Assembly: GCA_018335795.1 (NCBI GenBank)
Contig: JAGXRP010000006.1
Location: 22,129-86,128, forward strand
Length of the DNA stretch: 64,000 bases
Origin: Desulfobulbaceae bacterium
Lineage (GTDB): Bacteria; Bacteroidota; Ignavibacteria; Kapaibacteriales; UBA2268
Direction of reading: 5' to 3'
Shown here: positions 1-11,717 of the stretch, one piece after another
How the letters are laid out: the number at the start of each line of letters is the position of its first letter
How positions within the stretch are numbered: position 1 is the first letter of the stretch
Program-made: the position numbers and the translations under genes
The notes under the pieces: model-generated
What the model was told of the DNA's origin: nothing
Database searches by the model: none
Seen by the model: only the letters and a program-made list of their open reading frames with translations

Positions 1-752
1 AACAAAATCGGGTCGCCACCCATAGCAGGGTCGAACAATCCAACGCCGAATAATCTTTCTACAACAACCAATAAAATTGTAATTCCAATAATCGGAGTAC
101 CAATAATTTGAATCCAAGCTGTTGAATACAAAGCCCAAATAAAGAGTGGTAATTTGAAGAAAGTCATTCCGGGAGCTCTTAATCTATGAACAGTCGTAAC
201 AAAATTCACGCCTGTAAGAATCGAAGAGAAGCCAAGAATAAATGCAGCCATAAGCGGCATAATTACTTCAGTTCCGGTTCGTAAGCTGTAAGGTGCGTAA
301 AAAGTCCAGCCTGTATCAATAGGTCCGCCACTCAAAAAGAGCGAAGCAACTGCCAATAATCCGCCGATTGTATATAGATACCACGAAAAAAGATTCAGTC
401 GCGGGAATGACACGTCCTCTGCCCCAATCTGAATCGGTAGGAAAAAGTTGCCAAATCCGGCAGGGATACCCGGAATAATTACCAAAAATATCATTATAAT
501 GCCATGCAATGTAAACAGAGCATTATATGTTTGTGGTCCCATAATGTCTTGCCCGGGATTCCATAATTCGAGTCGCATGAAGAAACCAAGAGTCATGCCG
601 ACAAGGAAAAATGTCACCATCGAGCCAAGATACAAAAGACCTATTCTTTTGTGGTCAACGGAAAGCAACCAACCCAGAATACCGGTATGCTTCCCTTTGT
701 ACTGATAAAAATTTACATAATCACCGTTGGTGCTTACTGTAGAATCAGACAT
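1..752 (-). CDS. ctaD: Cytochrome c oxidase subunit I, A-type (aa3/caa3); N-terminal part, runs off the window edge
   Basis: Hand translation from ATG at 752: MSDSTVSTNG...WLLSVDHKRIGLLY...YNALFTLHGIIMIF...GFGNFFLPIQIGA...FPRLN...TGWTFYAP...GGDPIL, classical Cox1 motifs. Purine-rich RBS; overlaps the sco stop. Not in the ORF track. Confidence 0.95.
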   Translation of the reverse strand, partial: MSDSTVSTNGDYVNFYQYKGKHTGILGWLLSVDHKRIGLLYLGSMVTFFLVGMTLGFFMRLELWNPGQDIMGPQTYNALFTLHGIIMIFLVIIPGIPAGFGNFFLPIQIGAEDVSFPRLNLFSWYLYTIGGLLAVASLFLSGGPIDTGWTFYAPYSLRTGTEVIMPLMAAFILGFSSILTGVNFVTTVHRLRAPGMTFFKLPLFIWALYSTAWIQIIGTPIIGITILLVVVERLFGVGLFDPAMGGDPIL

Positions 753-1536
753 TCTCTTCTCCTTTACTTACTTTTTTTGTTCTTCCTTTTACTAATAAAA
801 CTACGAAGAAAATACCTACCCCAAGAAAAATCACAGTACCGGCAACTTTGTTAAAATTGAAGACGTAGGTCCTACCCTCAGGGTCATAGCTGAAGCAATA
901 CGCAAGCATCTTAGAAATCGGTGGGGCTGAAATGCCCTTTGATGCTTCGACAACAGCCAATTTGAAATCAAATGGTGAGTACTCTGTACCCAATAAATAT
1001 CGAGTAATTTTGCCATCAGGTGCAATCATTATTAATGCTCCTGCATGAACGAAATCATCCTCTCCGTCGGGTTTATATCTAAAACCTACTGCATCTGTTA
1101 TTTTGGCGATATTAGTGCTGTCTCCGGCCATAAAGATCCAATCATCCGGTGAAATTGGACGAGTCATCCCCGATATATAATTTGTTTTCCATTTTTTGGC
1201 GACCTCGTGATTTTCACGGGGGTCAAAACTAATTGTCAAAACTTTGTAATCTTTGCCGGGTTCAATAGAAGCTTTATCAATGACTTCGCCGAGACTATTG
1301 AGTAGGGGGCTACAAATCCCCGGGCAATGATAATAAACTAAGGCAAGAACTACGGGTTTGTCTATCATTTCTTTCAAAGTTCGCTTGTATCCTTCCGAAT
1401 CAACAAACTCCAAATCCAATGGTAGATAAGTGCCGAGTTTCTTTTCGTGCTCTATACCCACTTCAACTTTGTCTTCTACTGCAGAAGTCAAGCCCAAAGG
1501 CAATATAGATATTAAAAATGCTAAAAAATATTTCAT
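745..1536 (-). CDS. SCO1/SenC family copper chaperone
   Basis: CPGIC (CxxxC) motif, conserved His (FVHAG), signal peptide and C-terminal TM helix; directly upstream of oxidase subunit I. Confidence 0.92.
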   Translation of the reverse strand: MKYFLAFLISILPLGLTSAVEDKVEVGIEHEKKLGTYLPLDLEFVDSEGYKRTLKEMIDKPVVLALVYYHCPGICSPLLNSLGEVIDKASIEPGKDYKVLTISFDPRENHEVAKKWKTNYISGMTRPISPDDWIFMAGDSTNIAKITDAVGFRYKPDGEDDFVHAGALIMIAPDGKITRYLLGTEYSPFDFKLAVVEASKGISAPPISKMLAYCFSYDPEGRTYVFNFNKVAGTVIFLGVGIFFVVLLVKGRTKKVSKGEENV

Positions 1537-2489
1537 GATTGTGACTGTAGATTAAGCCTATTATGGGCGTTTAACAAGAATGAATGCAATGTCGTAAGTT
1601 CGTCTTTAGTCAGTCTCAATGTTATTGCTTTGAAACCATTATTGTTAATGGTAGAAGCTATTTCGTTGATGAAAGCATTAGTCCCGCTTTGCCAATTTTT
1701 ACCATTAACAAGTGTTATAGATGCTTTATCGGTATTGGATATTACTTTATCCAACAAAACAGCAATATCGCCTTCAACAGTATTTAATTCCTTAGTAAAT
1801 TGTTCAATTTTAGTCTTATTGTTACTATATTCCTCGGTCATTTTGTTCATTGCCATCGAAACAGAAATTTGATTTGATGTAACTTTTCCTTCGGAAAGCG
1901 AATAAGTCAAATCTAAAGTTTCCAAATCTGAATCGGAATCTTTGGGAAAATCAGGCATCAATGAGTGCATATAATGAATTAGAGCAAACCTATCAACTAC
2001 GTTTAAATAGTTATAAGCTACCATCCCTGAACCGGGAATTCCTTCTTCTAAAGTCTTCCACATTTCCGAAAGTTTGGCGCCATTTTTCCATCCATCCAAT
2101 TCCGTAAAATTACGGGGTTTCGGATTCAATCCTGAGCCTGCAATTCCATCACCTTTGCCTTCGTTGCCGTGGCATGAAGAGCAATTTGCTTTGTATAATT
2201 CGGCTCCTTTGGCAATCATTTCGGCATTAGGCACACTGATTTCCTTAACATTTACTCCTTCCATCATCGCTCCTTTTTGCATAGGAATTTCAGGAGCAAC
2301 TGTATCGCGAGCAAGCAGCTGTTTTTGTTGAGTATTTAAGATTGCATGGTCAAGATTGAATACCCAATACATTCCGACGACAATAATCAGCATAATTAAA
2401 TAAGGATAAACAACAGCAAATAATCTTAATGGATTTTTCAAGAAATCCTTGTAATCTATCTCATCTTCGGGTCTGAATTTATTTTCCAT
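1533..2489 (-). CDS. Membrane-anchored monoheme cytochrome c with extra C-terminal domain
   Basis: One N-terminal TM helix, CSSCH heme motif, PKPRNFT, probable Met ligand in GSGM. Confidence 0.85.
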   Translation of the reverse strand: MENKFRPEDEIDYKDFLKNPLRLFAVVYPYLIMLIIVVGMYWVFNLDHAILNTQQKQLLARDTVAPEIPMQKGAMMEGVNVKEISVPNAEMIAKGAELYKANCSSCHGNEGKGDGIAGSGLNPKPRNFTELDGWKNGAKLSEMWKTLEEGIPGSGMVAYNYLNVVDRFALIHYMHSLMPDFPKDSDSDLETLDLTYSLSEGKVTSNQISVSMAMNKMTEEYSNNKTKIEQFTKELNTVEGDIAVLLDKVISNTDKASITLVNGKNWQSGTNAFINEIASTINNNGFKAITLRLTKDELTTLHSFLLNAHNRLNLQSQS

Positions 2490-2507
2490 TTTTTATTTCC
2501 TAATTAA

Positions 2508-3707
2508 TTAAAGATGAAATTCCAAACCTTTTCTGAATTTCGGGTCGCCAATTGGCATGAGATTCTTTTTACCCGCAACAAGGCTGAATACAACTATTAT
2601 TACACCAAGCACCAAAATCGGCACTGTAAACTCAAACCAGCTATAAACCGGTGCGTGAAGTTCAGTTTTCTTAGTATATTCGGGCATAATCACCCAATAT
2701 AAATCATAATAATGAGCAATGAATACCCAAACGGCTATGATTTTCAGTCGGAATGGATTACTCTTTGATGGTCTGGTGACAAGCGCCATATAAGGAATTA
2801 AAAATCTGATAAAAATCAAACCGAGCGAGATTGTCATCCATCCTTCTCCACCTCTTTGCATATACCACATAGTTTCGTCTGGAATATTTGCGTACCAAAT
2901 TAACATGAATTGGCTAAACGCAATATAAGCCCAAAAGTTTGTGAAAGCGAACATCAATGCGCCAAAGTTATAAAAATGGTCTTCAGTCAAATATTTGCTA
3001 ATATATCCATTTTCGGCTAATGTTATAGCAATGAATGTCAATACGGCAAGTGCTGTTAGCACAGAGCCTGCAAAATAATAAACACCAAAAATTGTCGAGA
3101 ACCACTTTGGCTCCAAGCTCATCAACCAATCCATAGCCACAACGGTAATCAAAATGGCAAAAATTGGCATAAAGATAGCCGAAATCTTAGTTGACCATTT
3201 TTTTGTATCGGCTTTGCCCGTTTTGTCCTGTCTTAACGAACGACCTACAAGTAGGAAGTAGAATAAAAACATAACTAAAAAGACAAATATATTTCTTATC
3301 ACAAAAAAAGACTCATTCAAATACGGAGACTTGTTCTTAACATATTTGTCGGAATCCAAAATCACAGGATTGAGCCAAGAAAATACTTGGTCGAGATTCA
3401 GAAACAAAGGCAATGCAATTAAAGGAGTTGCAAACAATACCGCTGCTAATATTTCTGACAATCTTCGGAAAGGAACGCTCCAATCCGAACCTACGATGTG
3501 CTCAAGAGCAATAAGGAACAGCGAACCAAATCCAATGCTAAACACCCACATCAACACAATAATCAAATTGTAAGAAGCGCGAACATTGTCGGTAGAAAAA
3601 GCTAAAAATGTCAGTACAACACCAATCAATAATAATGACCAGCCCAACAATGGGAGTTTAGTCGGGAGTGGTTTTCTTTCGTATAAAACTATGTTATCAT
3701 TACTCAT
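2508..3707 (-). CDS. actF: Alternative complex III subunit ActF
   Basis: Polytopic membrane protein with DWLMSLEPKWFSTIFG and FWAYIAFSQFMLIWYANIPDET motifs; position in act operon. Confidence 0.92.
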   Translation of the reverse strand: MSNDNIVLYERKPLPTKLPLLGWSLLLIGVVLTFLAFSTDNVRASYNLIIVLMWVFSIGFGSLFLIALEHIVGSDWSVPFRRLSEILAAVLFATPLIALPLFLNLDQVFSWLNPVILDSDKYVKNKSPYLNESFFVIRNIFVFLVMFLFYFLLVGRSLRQDKTGKADTKKWSTKISAIFMPIFAILITVVAMDWLMSLEPKWFSTIFGVYYFAGSVLTALAVLTFIAITLAENGYISKYLTEDHFYNFGALMFAFTNFWAYIAFSQFMLIWYANIPDETMWYMQRGGEGWMTISLGLIFIRFLIPYMALVTRPSKSNPFRLKIIAVWVFIAHYYDLYWVIMPEYTKKTELHAPVYSWFEFTVPILVLGVIIVVFSLVAGKKNLMPIGDPKFRKGLEFHL

Positions 3708-4843
3708 TGTAAATCACCCTCCTGAGCATTCAAGGCTCTTTGTAAAGCTCTGACATAAAGTATGACTTGCCATTTTTCTTCTTGGGTTAATTGTTTGTCG
3801 TAAGAAGGCATAGTATTTTGCCCTACTGTTATAATATGATACAGATGCCCGTCTGACCATTCACGTACTTTATCAGTATGCAAGCTCGGTGGATTAGGAA
3901 ATTGTCCATTTAATCGTGCAACACCGTTACCATGATAATCGTGACAAGGACTACAGAAAGTATTATATTTTCGTTTTCCGTTTTCAAGATTTACATCGCT
4001 AAATTCCAACGGATTTACAAGGACTCGTGATGCAAGCTCGACACTATCCGGATAGGGATATGGTTTGAAACCTCGAGCAACAGTACCTTCGACCGGTAGC
4101 CTCATCGAAAATCCATCATCAAAAAATGTGGATACTTTCATCGCTGTAATTTTTTGTTGGTCCATCATCCAATTGAATGGTTGCATGAACATCAATTTAT
4201 TCAGTGAGAAATATGTAATCGTAATTACTAAAACTGATATAACTGCTAATCCTGTCAAAAATTTCGGTTCCAATAAAGTCAATTTTGAATTGATTTCATC
4301 ATTATCGTAATAAATCGCTTCTACATTTGTACCGCCAATTTTGGAAAGAAAGTCTTTAACCTTTTCAAAATCAAAATTTGGGTCAGCAGCTTCGATAGTT
4401 AAACCATATTTATCCGAAGATACTTGTTTCATATATTCAGTATCATGTAGTGGATGACTGTTATTCGGGAATTTGAAGAAAATAACAATCATAGATACTA
4501 CTGTTGCAACAGATGCAAGAAGAACAGTTATTTCAAAAGTAACCGGAACAAATGCCGGCAACGGGAAAGTAGGTTTGCCGCCAATATTGAGTGGATAATC
4601 TACCGTCATAGTCCAATACATCAGCAATAATCCAAGTGTAGCGCCAATTACTCCAAGCGCGAAAGCAAAGTAGCCCAAAGGAGAACGCTTCAATTTCATC
4701 GCTTGGTCCATTCCGTGAACCGGATATGGAGTATGCACATCGAATTTCTTATACCCTGCCTTGACGACAGCTTTTGCAGCTTTGATAATATCGTCCGGAG
4801 TATGGAAAATTGCAGTTACCGAATGTAATATTTTATTATCCAT
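3704..4843 (-). CDS. actDE: Alternative complex III fused ActD (DUF3341)-ActE (monoheme cytochrome c)
   Basis: N-terminal [20 protein letters not shown] and PVTFE (ActD); C-terminal [17 protein letters not shown] and MPSY (ActE). Confidence 0.9.
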   Translation of the reverse strand: MDNKILHSVTAIFHTPDDIIKAAKAVVKAGYKKFDVHTPYPVHGMDQAMKLKRSPLGYFAFALGVIGATLGLLLMYWTMTVDYPLNIGGKPTFPLPAFVPVTFEITVLLASVATVVSMIVIFFKFPNNSHPLHDTEYMKQVSSDKYGLTIEAADPNFDFEKVKDFLSKIGGTNVEAIYYDNDEINSKLTLLEPKFLTGLAVISVLVITITYFSLNKLMFMQPFNWMMDQQKITAMKVSTFFDDGFSMRLPVEGTVARGFKPYPYPDSVELASRVLVNPLEFSDVNLENGKRKYNTFCSPCHDYHGNGVARLNGQFPNPPSLHTDKVREWSDGHLYHIITVGQNTMPSYDKQLTQEEKWQVILYVRALQRALNAQEGDLQ

Positions 4844-6245
4844 TATGCTCGTCCTCCTCGTGATGACCTAATTTATGTCGAGTAGGTTGAGAACCGGCAA
4901 CAACACTTTTTACTTCAGCGATTGATATAACGGGCATAGTTCGTGTGAATAATAGTAATAATGTAAAGAAGAATCCAAAGCTTCCGATTAATAAGCCTAT
5001 ATCATAGATTGTTGGGACGTAATATGCCCAACTCGATGGCAAATAATCGCGAGAAAGTGAGGTAACTGTAATTACGAATCTCTCGAACCACATGCCAACA
5101 TTGACTAACACTGCAACAACAAACATGAAAGGAATATTTCTTCTTAGTTTCTTTATCCAGAAAAATTGCGGGAATATAACGTTGCAGCTCACCATAATCC
5201 AATAAGCCCAAGTATAAGGTCCGAAGGCTCTATTCAAAAAGGCGAATGATTCAACTTCGTGACCGCTATACCAAGCAATGAAAAATTCCATACCATAAGC
5301 ATAGCCGACCATCATACCTGTGACGATGATGACTTTGTTCATTTTTTCGAGTGTATCAAGCGTAACGATATGTTCCATATTGAATACTTTACGAATGATA
5401 ATCAAAGCATTTTGAACCATTGCAAAGCCTGAAAATACCGCACCCGCAACGAAATAAGGCGGGAATATAGTTGTATGCCAACCCGGTACAATCGAAACCG
5501 CAAAGTCGAATGATACAATCGTATGAACCGAGAGTACAAGTGGCGTCGCAAATCCGGCAAGCACCAGATACATCATTTCGTAATGTGACCAATGACGATT
5601 TGAAAATCTCCAACCTAAAGATAAAACTGAGTAAATTGTCTTTTTAACTTTTGAAACTATAGTGCTGTTTTTGAGTCTGTCTCGCATTGTAGCGAAATCA
5701 GGAACCAAACCCATATACCAAAAGACAAATGAAACAGTAAAATAAGTTGAAACAGCAAAAACGTCCCATAACAATGGTGAAGTGAAATTCACCCACAAAT
5801 TATGTTGGTTGGGGTGTGGCATCAAATAGCCATCTAACCAAGGGCGTCCAACGTGAATTAATGGGAAAAGCCCTGCTGTCATGACCGCAAAAATCGTCAT
5901 GCCCTCGGCAAATCGTGCTATACCTGTTCTCCATTTTTGACGAAAGAGGAACAAAATTGCAGAAATAAGCGTACCGGCATGACCGATACCCACCCAAAAT
6001 ACGAAATTGATGATAGCGAAGCCCCAACCTACGGGATTGTTTACACCCCATAGACCTAAACCCCTATAAAATGCCATACCTAATGATATAACACCAATCA
6101 AAAGCAAAGTGAGAGTGAAGCCGATTGCAATATAAAACTTAATATTCGGCATCTCATCCATTGGCTTGATGATGGTAGCATCAATCTCTTTGAGTGTAGG
6201 CTTACCTTCTATTACAGAAACTTCATGAGTAATATCAGTGGCCAC
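4836..6245 (-). CDS. actC: Alternative complex III quinol-oxidising subunit ActC (NrfD family)
   Basis: [50 protein letters not shown] motifs. Confidence 0.95.
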   Translation of the reverse strand: MATDITHEVSVIEGKPTLKEIDATIIKPMDEMPNIKFYIAIGFTLTLLLIGVISLGMAFYRGLGLWGVNNPVGWGFAIINFVFWVGIGHAGTLISAILFLFRQKWRTGIARFAEGMTIFAVMTAGLFPLIHVGRPWLDGYLMPHPNQHNLWVNFTSPLLWDVFAVSTYFTVSFVFWYMGLVPDFATMRDRLKNSTIVSKVKKTIYSVLSLGWRFSNRHWSHYEMMYLVLAGFATPLVLSVHTIVSFDFAVSIVPGWHTTIFPPYFVAGAVFSGFAMVQNALIIIRKVFNMEHIVTLDTLEKMNKVIIVTGMMVGYAYGMEFFIAWYSGHEVESFAFLNRAFGPYTWAYWIMVSCNVIFPQFFWIKKLRRNIPFMFVVAVLVNVGMWFERFVITVTSLSRDYLPSSWAYYVPTIYDIGLLIGSFGFFFTLLLLFTRTMPVISIAEVKSVVAGSQPTRHKLGHHEEDEHNG

Positions 6246-9200
6246 TGTGTGTATCCTCCATGTTTGTGTTCCTCAATCTTGAAATGTAAGTAACGTTGGG
6301 TTTGACCATTATCGTTTCGAGTACGTGGTAGCCCAAACTGTGATTGCGTAATTTCGATACTTTTGAATTCGGATCATTCATATCTCCGAACATAATTGCA
6401 TCTGACGGGCATGCTTCTTGACAAGCTGTCACTACGTCAGAGCCTTGAATTTTCTTGCCCTTAATATTTGCAGCCGAACGAGCTTCTTCGATTCTTTGAG
6501 TGCAGAACGTACATTTTTCCATTACACCACGCGAGCGGACAGTCACTTCGGGATTATTTAATAATTCAAGTGTATCCATGCGATAGTAGCCGTCTTTAAA
6601 ATCGTTACGGAAATCAAAGAAATTATACCGTCTTACTTTATATGGGCAGTTGTTGGCACAATATCTCGTACCGACACAACGATTGTAAGTCATTTGGTTC
6701 AAACCTTCGGGGCTGTGAGTAGTAGCAACTACCGGACAAACATTTTCGCATGGAGCGTTATCGCAATGTTGGCAAAGCATAGGTTGAACACTGGTAATTG
6801 GCTCTTCGGGAGTGCCACTGAAATAGGTATCAATCCTCATCCAGTGCATTTCGCGACCCTTGCCGCATTCTTCCTTGCCTACAATCGGAATATTATTTTC
6901 GACATTACAAGCTGTTACGCATGCATTGCAAGCAGTGCATTTATTCATGTCAATTGCCATTGCCCATTTAACGCCCGGGTATTCTTTATCGGGATAAACG
7001 CTGTGACTTTGGTATTCGTGATGTCCCAAAAGATGTGTTTTTTCAGTTTTTAAAGCTTTTTCGTAAGCTTCGCGGTCGTCACCGAATTCATTTTTGAGTC
7101 GTGATTTTGCTTCTTCGAGCTTATTTTCAAATTCCACATAAAATGGTACAGTGTATTCTTGAATTATATGACGCTTGTAATGGAAATCTTTTACGAATTC
7201 TTCATCAAGTGAATGATGCTCTTGGCTGGAAATCAGTTCGTAGCTTTCGCCTGCTTTAGCAACCGAGGCACCGGTATAAATTTTATTTCCGCTTTTATTC
7301 ATTAATGTATAAGCATCAAATCCAACGCCCGTCCCAACTTCTCCGCCTCTTGTTCTGCCATAGCCGAGATCAACAGCAATCACATCATCTACAATACCCG
7401 GTTGGGGCATTATTGGAAGCCTTAATGTTTTGCCATTCACGGTTAAGTCAATCATGTCGGAGATTTTGTCCAATTTGTCCAAACCATAAGCGACATCAAG
7501 TTTTTTGGCAGTAGCAGGCGACATCATTGCACAATTGTCCCAAACGACTTTTGTAATCGGATGCGGAACTTCTTGCAACCAACCATTATTAGCATATTGA
7601 CCATCACCAAGATAATGTGGTTTAGTCAGTATAACCGTGAAGCCTGATTTACTCAAAGTATTTTGCGTTAATGATATTGACGCTACATTAATAATTGCAC
7701 GAGGAATGCTTAATTCATCCCAAGTAAAAATACCATCATGCAAACATGAATACCAAAATTCATCAAAAGAGCTAAAAGTATTGGCTGCAGGAAAAACTTT
7801 TTCCTGCCAATGTGCTTTCATAAATTGATGATAAATATCATGATTGTATTTTGTGTAATCCTCAGACATCCAATTGAGCAATACTGCTTCTTTTTGACGT
7901 GAATCGAATATTGGTGCTATAACAGGTTGTTGAGTGCTCAACACACCATTACGAAGCATGAAATCACCCCAAGATTCGAATTCGTGATTGACAGGCAAAA
8001 TGAAGTGACTGCCTTCGGATGACTCATTTTCGATATGAATCATCGAAACTATTGTCTCAACATTTTTCAATGCGTCTGTATATCCGATTTCATGAGGTAA
8101 ATGATAAGCAGGGTTTGAATCAAAATGAATCAAAACACCTACATTGCCGGATTTCATTTTTGCACTTAATTGTGCAAAATCAGCCATCGTATTTGTAGGT
8201 CTGTGCAAAACTTCATATTTGTCCGAATACACATTCGAGACGCTTCCGAGAACTTCATTCAGCAAATTAACTGCTATGTGGCACTCTTCAGGCAAGCTAT
8301 TTCCACATACTACAAGAGTCTTAGTTGGGTGATGCAAAATGTCATCAACCATCGTAGCCAACTTATCAGCATGTAAACCAAATTTTGACGCAAAATCCGA
8401 AAGATTATATTGGCGAATTTTCGTCATTGCCGAATCGTCTAAATTGACCGCTGATTGAGCTTTTTTGACGGCAATTTCATTAATCAGAGCCATGATAAAG
8501 TCATATTGATACTCGGGAGAGAGTTTCAAACGATAGTCTGAATTTGCACCAGTTAAACTGTAATTTGCTTCAACAGTATATAACTTATTGAAACTTTTGG
8601 CATTATCAAAATCGCGTCTTGAGGTATATTTTTTGATTTGCTCGACTGTGATACCTTCTGTGCCGAGGAAATCACATTCTAAAGCGATGATTACATCAGC
8701 TTTATCCCAAGCAATGACGGAAAGATTTTTATTGCCGTAGCATTTTTCCCATGCATTCAATTTGTTTTGATTTCCAAAAACTTCGTAAGTGTAGAACTTA
8801 GCTGTTGGATATTTCAGTACAAATTCATTGAACAATTTTTCTTGCGAAGGAGATTTGACTGAATGTGCAACAATGGCGATTTCCTTGCCTGATTGCGAAG
8901 CAGCCTTCAATTTTTCGGTAATATCTTTATCAATTCGCTCCCAATCTGTTTTGGGCATATCATCTTTGTGAAGGAGTAAGTTGCTGTCCGATTTTTTGAC
9001 AGGATAGCGTACTCTTCCCGGGTCATACAAATCAAGCATTGCAGCTTGTGCAATAGCATCAACTTTGCCTTGATTTATAGGATGCTGAGGATTGCCGTCC
9101 ACTTTAATTGGGCGTCCTTCTCTCGTTTTGATTAATATTCCGAGTCCACTGTTGAGAGATGATGCATAATAATTAGCATGACCATATATCACTCCCGATG

Positions 9201-9447
9201 GTTTTTTATTATACGAAATAATTTCGCCTTTATCGGGATAGTCTGTACAAGCAGTAGCCGCAAAAGCTGCCGAAGCACCAAGAACAGCAAGGAATTTTCT
9301 TCTTGATTTATCAGGAAGTGCATTCAAATCGAAATCATCAGTAACACCCTTCCGGAATTCGTGACGAGTGCTTTCGATACTTTCGGGTTTATTAGCCAAT
9401 AGATTCAGACTTTTCCAAAATCGAGGTTTAGTAGCATTATTGTCCAT
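6235..9447 (-). CDS. actB: Alternative complex III subunit ActB (Tat lipoprotein; molybdopterin-oxidoreductase-like plus Fe-S domain)
   Basis: SRRKFL Tat motif followed by lipobox [16 protein letters not shown]; Fe-S motifs [36 protein letters not shown] at 9447 preferred over TTG at 9450. Confidence 0.95.
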   Translation of the reverse strand: MDNNATKPRFWKSLNLLANKPESIESTRHEFRKGVTDDFDLNALPDKSRRKFLAVLGASAAFAATACTDYPDKGEIISYNKKPSGVIYGHANYYASSLNSGLGILIKTREGRPIKVDGNPQHPINQGKVDAIAQAAMLDLYDPGRVRYPVKKSDSNLLLHKDDMPKTDWERIDKDITEKLKAASQSGKEIAIVAHSVKSPSQEKLFNEFVLKYPTAKFYTYEVFGNQNKLNAWEKCYGNKNLSVIAWDKADVIIALECDFLGTEGITVEQIKKYTSRRDFDNAKSFNKLYTVEANYSLTGANSDYRLKLSPEYQYDFIMALINEIAVKKAQSAVNLDDSAMTKIRQYNLSDFASKFGLHADKLATMVDDILHHPTKTLVVCGNSLPEECHIAVNLLNEVLGSVSNVYSDKYEVLHRPTNTMADFAQLSAKMKSGNVGVLIHFDSNPAYHLPHEIGYTDALKNVETIVSMIHIENESSEGSHFILPVNHEFESWGDFMLRNGVLSTQQPVIAPIFDSRQKEAVLLNWMSEDYTKYNHDIYHQFMKAHWQEKVFPAANTFSSFDEFWYSCLHDGIFTWDELSIPRAIINVASISLTQNTLSKSGFTVILTKPHYLGDGQYANNGWLQEVPHPITKVVWDNCAMMSPATAKKLDVAYGLDKLDKISDMIDLTVNGKTLRLPIMPQPGIVDDVIAVDLGYGRTRGGEVGTGVGFDAYTLMNKSGNKIYTGASVAKAGESYELISSQEHHSLDEEFVKDFHYKRHIIQEYTVPFYVEFENKLEEAKSRLKNEFGDDREAYEKALKTEKTHLLGHHEYQSHSVYPDKEYPGVKWAMAIDMNKCTACNACVTACNVENNIPIVGKEECGKGREMHWMRIDTYFSGTPEEPITSVQPMLCQHCDNAPCENVCPVVATTHSPEGLNQMTYNRCVGTRYCANNCPYKVRRYNFFDFRNDFKDGYYRMDTLELLNNPEVTVRSRGVMEKCTFCTQRIEEARSAANIKGKKIQGSDVVTACQEACPSDAIMFGDMNDPNSKVSKLRNHSLGYHVLETIMVKPNVTYISRLRNTNMEDTHSGH

Positions 9448-9623
9448 CAACCATCCCCTTTTAAGTTTCTGTTAACAGCAAGCGGATGAATCATAACCTT
9501 TGGATTGGCTTTATTTTCCGTTTTGCCGTTTTTAATAAATTTCACGGGTAAAACGTTAAGTGCTAAAACGCCAAGGGCGCTTACACCTATAGAGTTGAAA
9601 AATTTTCTTCTTGTGTTACTCAT
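9447..9623 (-). CDS. Small (58 aa) twin-arginine-motif protein inside the act operon
   Basis: MSNTRRKFFNSIGVSALGVLALNVLP...; GGGA RBS-like sequence before ATG 9623; TGA overlaps the actB ATG (TGATG). Confidence 0.7.
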   Translation of the reverse strand: MSNTRRKFFNSIGVSALGVLALNVLPVKFIKNGKTENKANPKVMIHPLAVNRNLKGDG

Positions 9624-9652
9624 ATTTCCCGATTTAAAAAATTTTACAATCA

Positions 9653-10225
9653 TTAACGATGACAAGCATTACAATTTTCAGGTCCATTATTTAGTTTTCC
9701 GGTCATTTGTGGCATACGTTTTTGGGGTTCGCGGTGGCAATCCAGACAAGAGCCCATAGTAAATGAGTGAACTTGGCTAATGATATCCATTTCGCGAACA
9801 TCACCGTGGCAGTTTGCACAATCAATCCCATTGACAACATGCGACGCATGATTGAAATAGGCATATTCAGGCACCCTATGAATTCTTTTCCACGGAATCG
9901 GTTTACCCTCTTTATAATATTGGGTTAATTTCACGATTTCGGGGCTATCCGTTTTGGCAACTGCATGGCAATTCATACAAACATCTGCAGATGGAATTGT
10001 TGCATGGCGAGATTTCTCGACACTTGTGTGGCAATATTGGCAATCAATTGCCATATCCCCCGCATGTAATCTGTGTGAGAATTTTACGGGTTGTTCCGGA
10101 GCATAACCGACGCCATCTCGTTCGGGCTTCGCCACAAAATAAGTAATGGCAAATGATGTAAGTATAATAAATACCGTAAACGGTAATTTCACTTTCAGCG
10201 CATAATCAAGAACAGTCTTTTTCAC
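9653..10225 (-). CDS. actA: Alternative complex III pentaheme cytochrome c ActA
   Basis: N-terminal TM helix; five CxxCH motifs (CQYCH, CMNCH, CANCH, CLDCH, CNACH); PEQPVKFSHRLHAG. Confidence 0.95.
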   Translation of the reverse strand: MKKTVLDYALKVKLPFTVFIILTSFAITYFVAKPERDGVGYAPEQPVKFSHRLHAGDMAIDCQYCHTSVEKSRHATIPSADVCMNCHAVAKTDSPEIVKLTQYYKEGKPIPWKRIHRVPEYAYFNHASHVVNGIDCANCHGDVREMDIISQVHSFTMGSCLDCHREPQKRMPQMTGKLNNGPENCNACHR

Positions 10226-10534
10226 TACTCGCCTGCTATAATTAGTGATGAATAATAAGGTATGGAATCGGCTTCAACAAATCCGATATAAAACAAAAAA
10301 GTGACGTCTTTTTTAATATTTGTAACAAATTCCAATACTTTTTCCTTTTTTAACAAACTATCATATGCAAAATAAGACACAAAATTATTTTAAACAAGAC
10401 TAATTTCAAATTTATTTTCCATACCTATATGTTCTTAGTCATAAATAATACTGTAACACAGTTTAAAATAAAGATTTTGCAAATAAAACAAAAAGCAATT
10501 TCAAACATAAAAAACTTTTCCACAATAATCAAAT

Positions 10535-11251
10535 TTAATGGCAACAAGATGCTTCGCCGGATAAAACTGTTTCCGGAAGCACCGGACTGATAAATGGAAT
10601 ATCGAGAGCTAATCCGCGAAGAATCATGAGAATTGCCACTAAAGCAACACCATAAGGAATCAATCTATTTATTTTTTGTCTGACATTGAGCGAGATGAGG
10701 TTTTTTGAAATGAAAATTGCAGCCATTACAGGAAGAGTCCCGAAGCCAAAAGCAGCCATATAGAAAGTAGATGTTACGATATCACCTGCTGCAAATGAGC
10801 CTGCCAATGCGATATAGACCAAACCGCAAGGCAGAATCCCATTTAGGATTCCGATAAATAGCAAGGATATGAGACTTTTAGATTTCAATAATTGTTGAAA
10901 CTTGAGTTTAATACTTGAAACAAAAAAACTAATTTTTTTAGTGTCGTTCAATCTTGAATAATATTTTTTAGGTATTATTACTCCAAGCAAAATAATTGTT
11001 CCAACGACTAATGAAAGTTGTTCTTGGAAGCCCCCAAGTTTGAAAGAAGAACCGGCTAAACCTAGTATTAGCCCCATTATAGAATAAGTTATAACTCTGC
11101 CAAAATTGTAAATGAATCCTTCTGAAAATATTGAAAATTTTGATGTACCTTTATGCGGAATAGCCAAAGCAATTGGTCCACACATACCAATACAGTGCAT
11201 ACTGCCAAGTACACCGAGCATGAATCCAGCGCTTATTAAAGTCCAATCCAT
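10535..11251 (-). CDS. DsbD_2/TauE-like membrane protein of cbb3 oxidase biogenesis
   Basis: HCIGMCGPI and LNGILPCGLVY motifs; last gene of the cco cluster. Confidence 0.88.
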   Translation of the reverse strand: MDWTLISAGFMLGVLGSMHCIGMCGPIALAIPHKGTSKFSIFSEGFIYNFGRVITYSIMGLILGLAGSSFKLGGFQEQLSLVVGTIILLGVIIPKKYYSRLNDTKKISFFVSSIKLKFQQLLKSKSLISLLFIGILNGILPCGLVYIALAGSFAAGDIVTSTFYMAAFGFGTLPVMAAIFISKNLISLNVRQKINRLIPYGVALVAILMILRGLALDIPFISPVLPETVLSGEASCCH

Positions 11252-11257
11252 AGTTTA

Positions 11258-11704
11258 TCAATTAAAAATGATTATTTCTTCGTTGTAATAGCTTGTGTCA
11301 TTCATTGACCAATCTACTTTTACTTTCCAAAGCCCTTTGTTGAATGATTCGGTATTTATGATTTGAATCATTTCATCATTTGGTTGAATCGGGATTTTCA
11401 CATCTAGCTTTGAGTTATCGGGTCGGAACATCAAAATTGAGCCGGAAATAGGATAATTCAATGAATCCGGATATTTCAGGACGACTTTATTTTCGATATT
11501 CGATATGATGATTTGCTCCTTGAGAGCTTTCGTTCGCATAACTTTGTCAATTTGCTTCTGGAAAACAAGGTCATGGTCATAATAATTTTCGACAACCAAA
11601 TCTACTTTATCTTGAGAAACATACACAACTAATGATACAAGTAACACTACAAAAGTGATATAAAATGCTGTTACAGCAAAAGCCCAATTTCCATATATTT
11701 TCAT
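11258..11704 (-). CDS. ccoH: FixH/CcoH family protein
   Basis: N-terminal TM, DLVVENYY, FRPDNSKLD, GLWKVKVDW; follows ccoG. Confidence 0.88.
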   Translation of the reverse strand: MKIYGNWAFAVTAFYITFVVLLVSLVVYVSQDKVDLVVENYYDHDLVFQKQIDKVMRTKALKEQIIISNIENKVVLKYPDSLNYPISGSILMFRPDNSKLDVKIPIQPNDEMIQIINTESFNKGLWKVKVDWSMNDTSYYNEEIIIFN

Positions 11705-11717
11705 ATTTCCATATTCC

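Noticed and set aside
6235..9447. Catalytic molybdoenzyme (anaerobic reductase)
   Set aside because: Context and motifs match ActB, whose molybdopterin-like domain is established as cofactor-less
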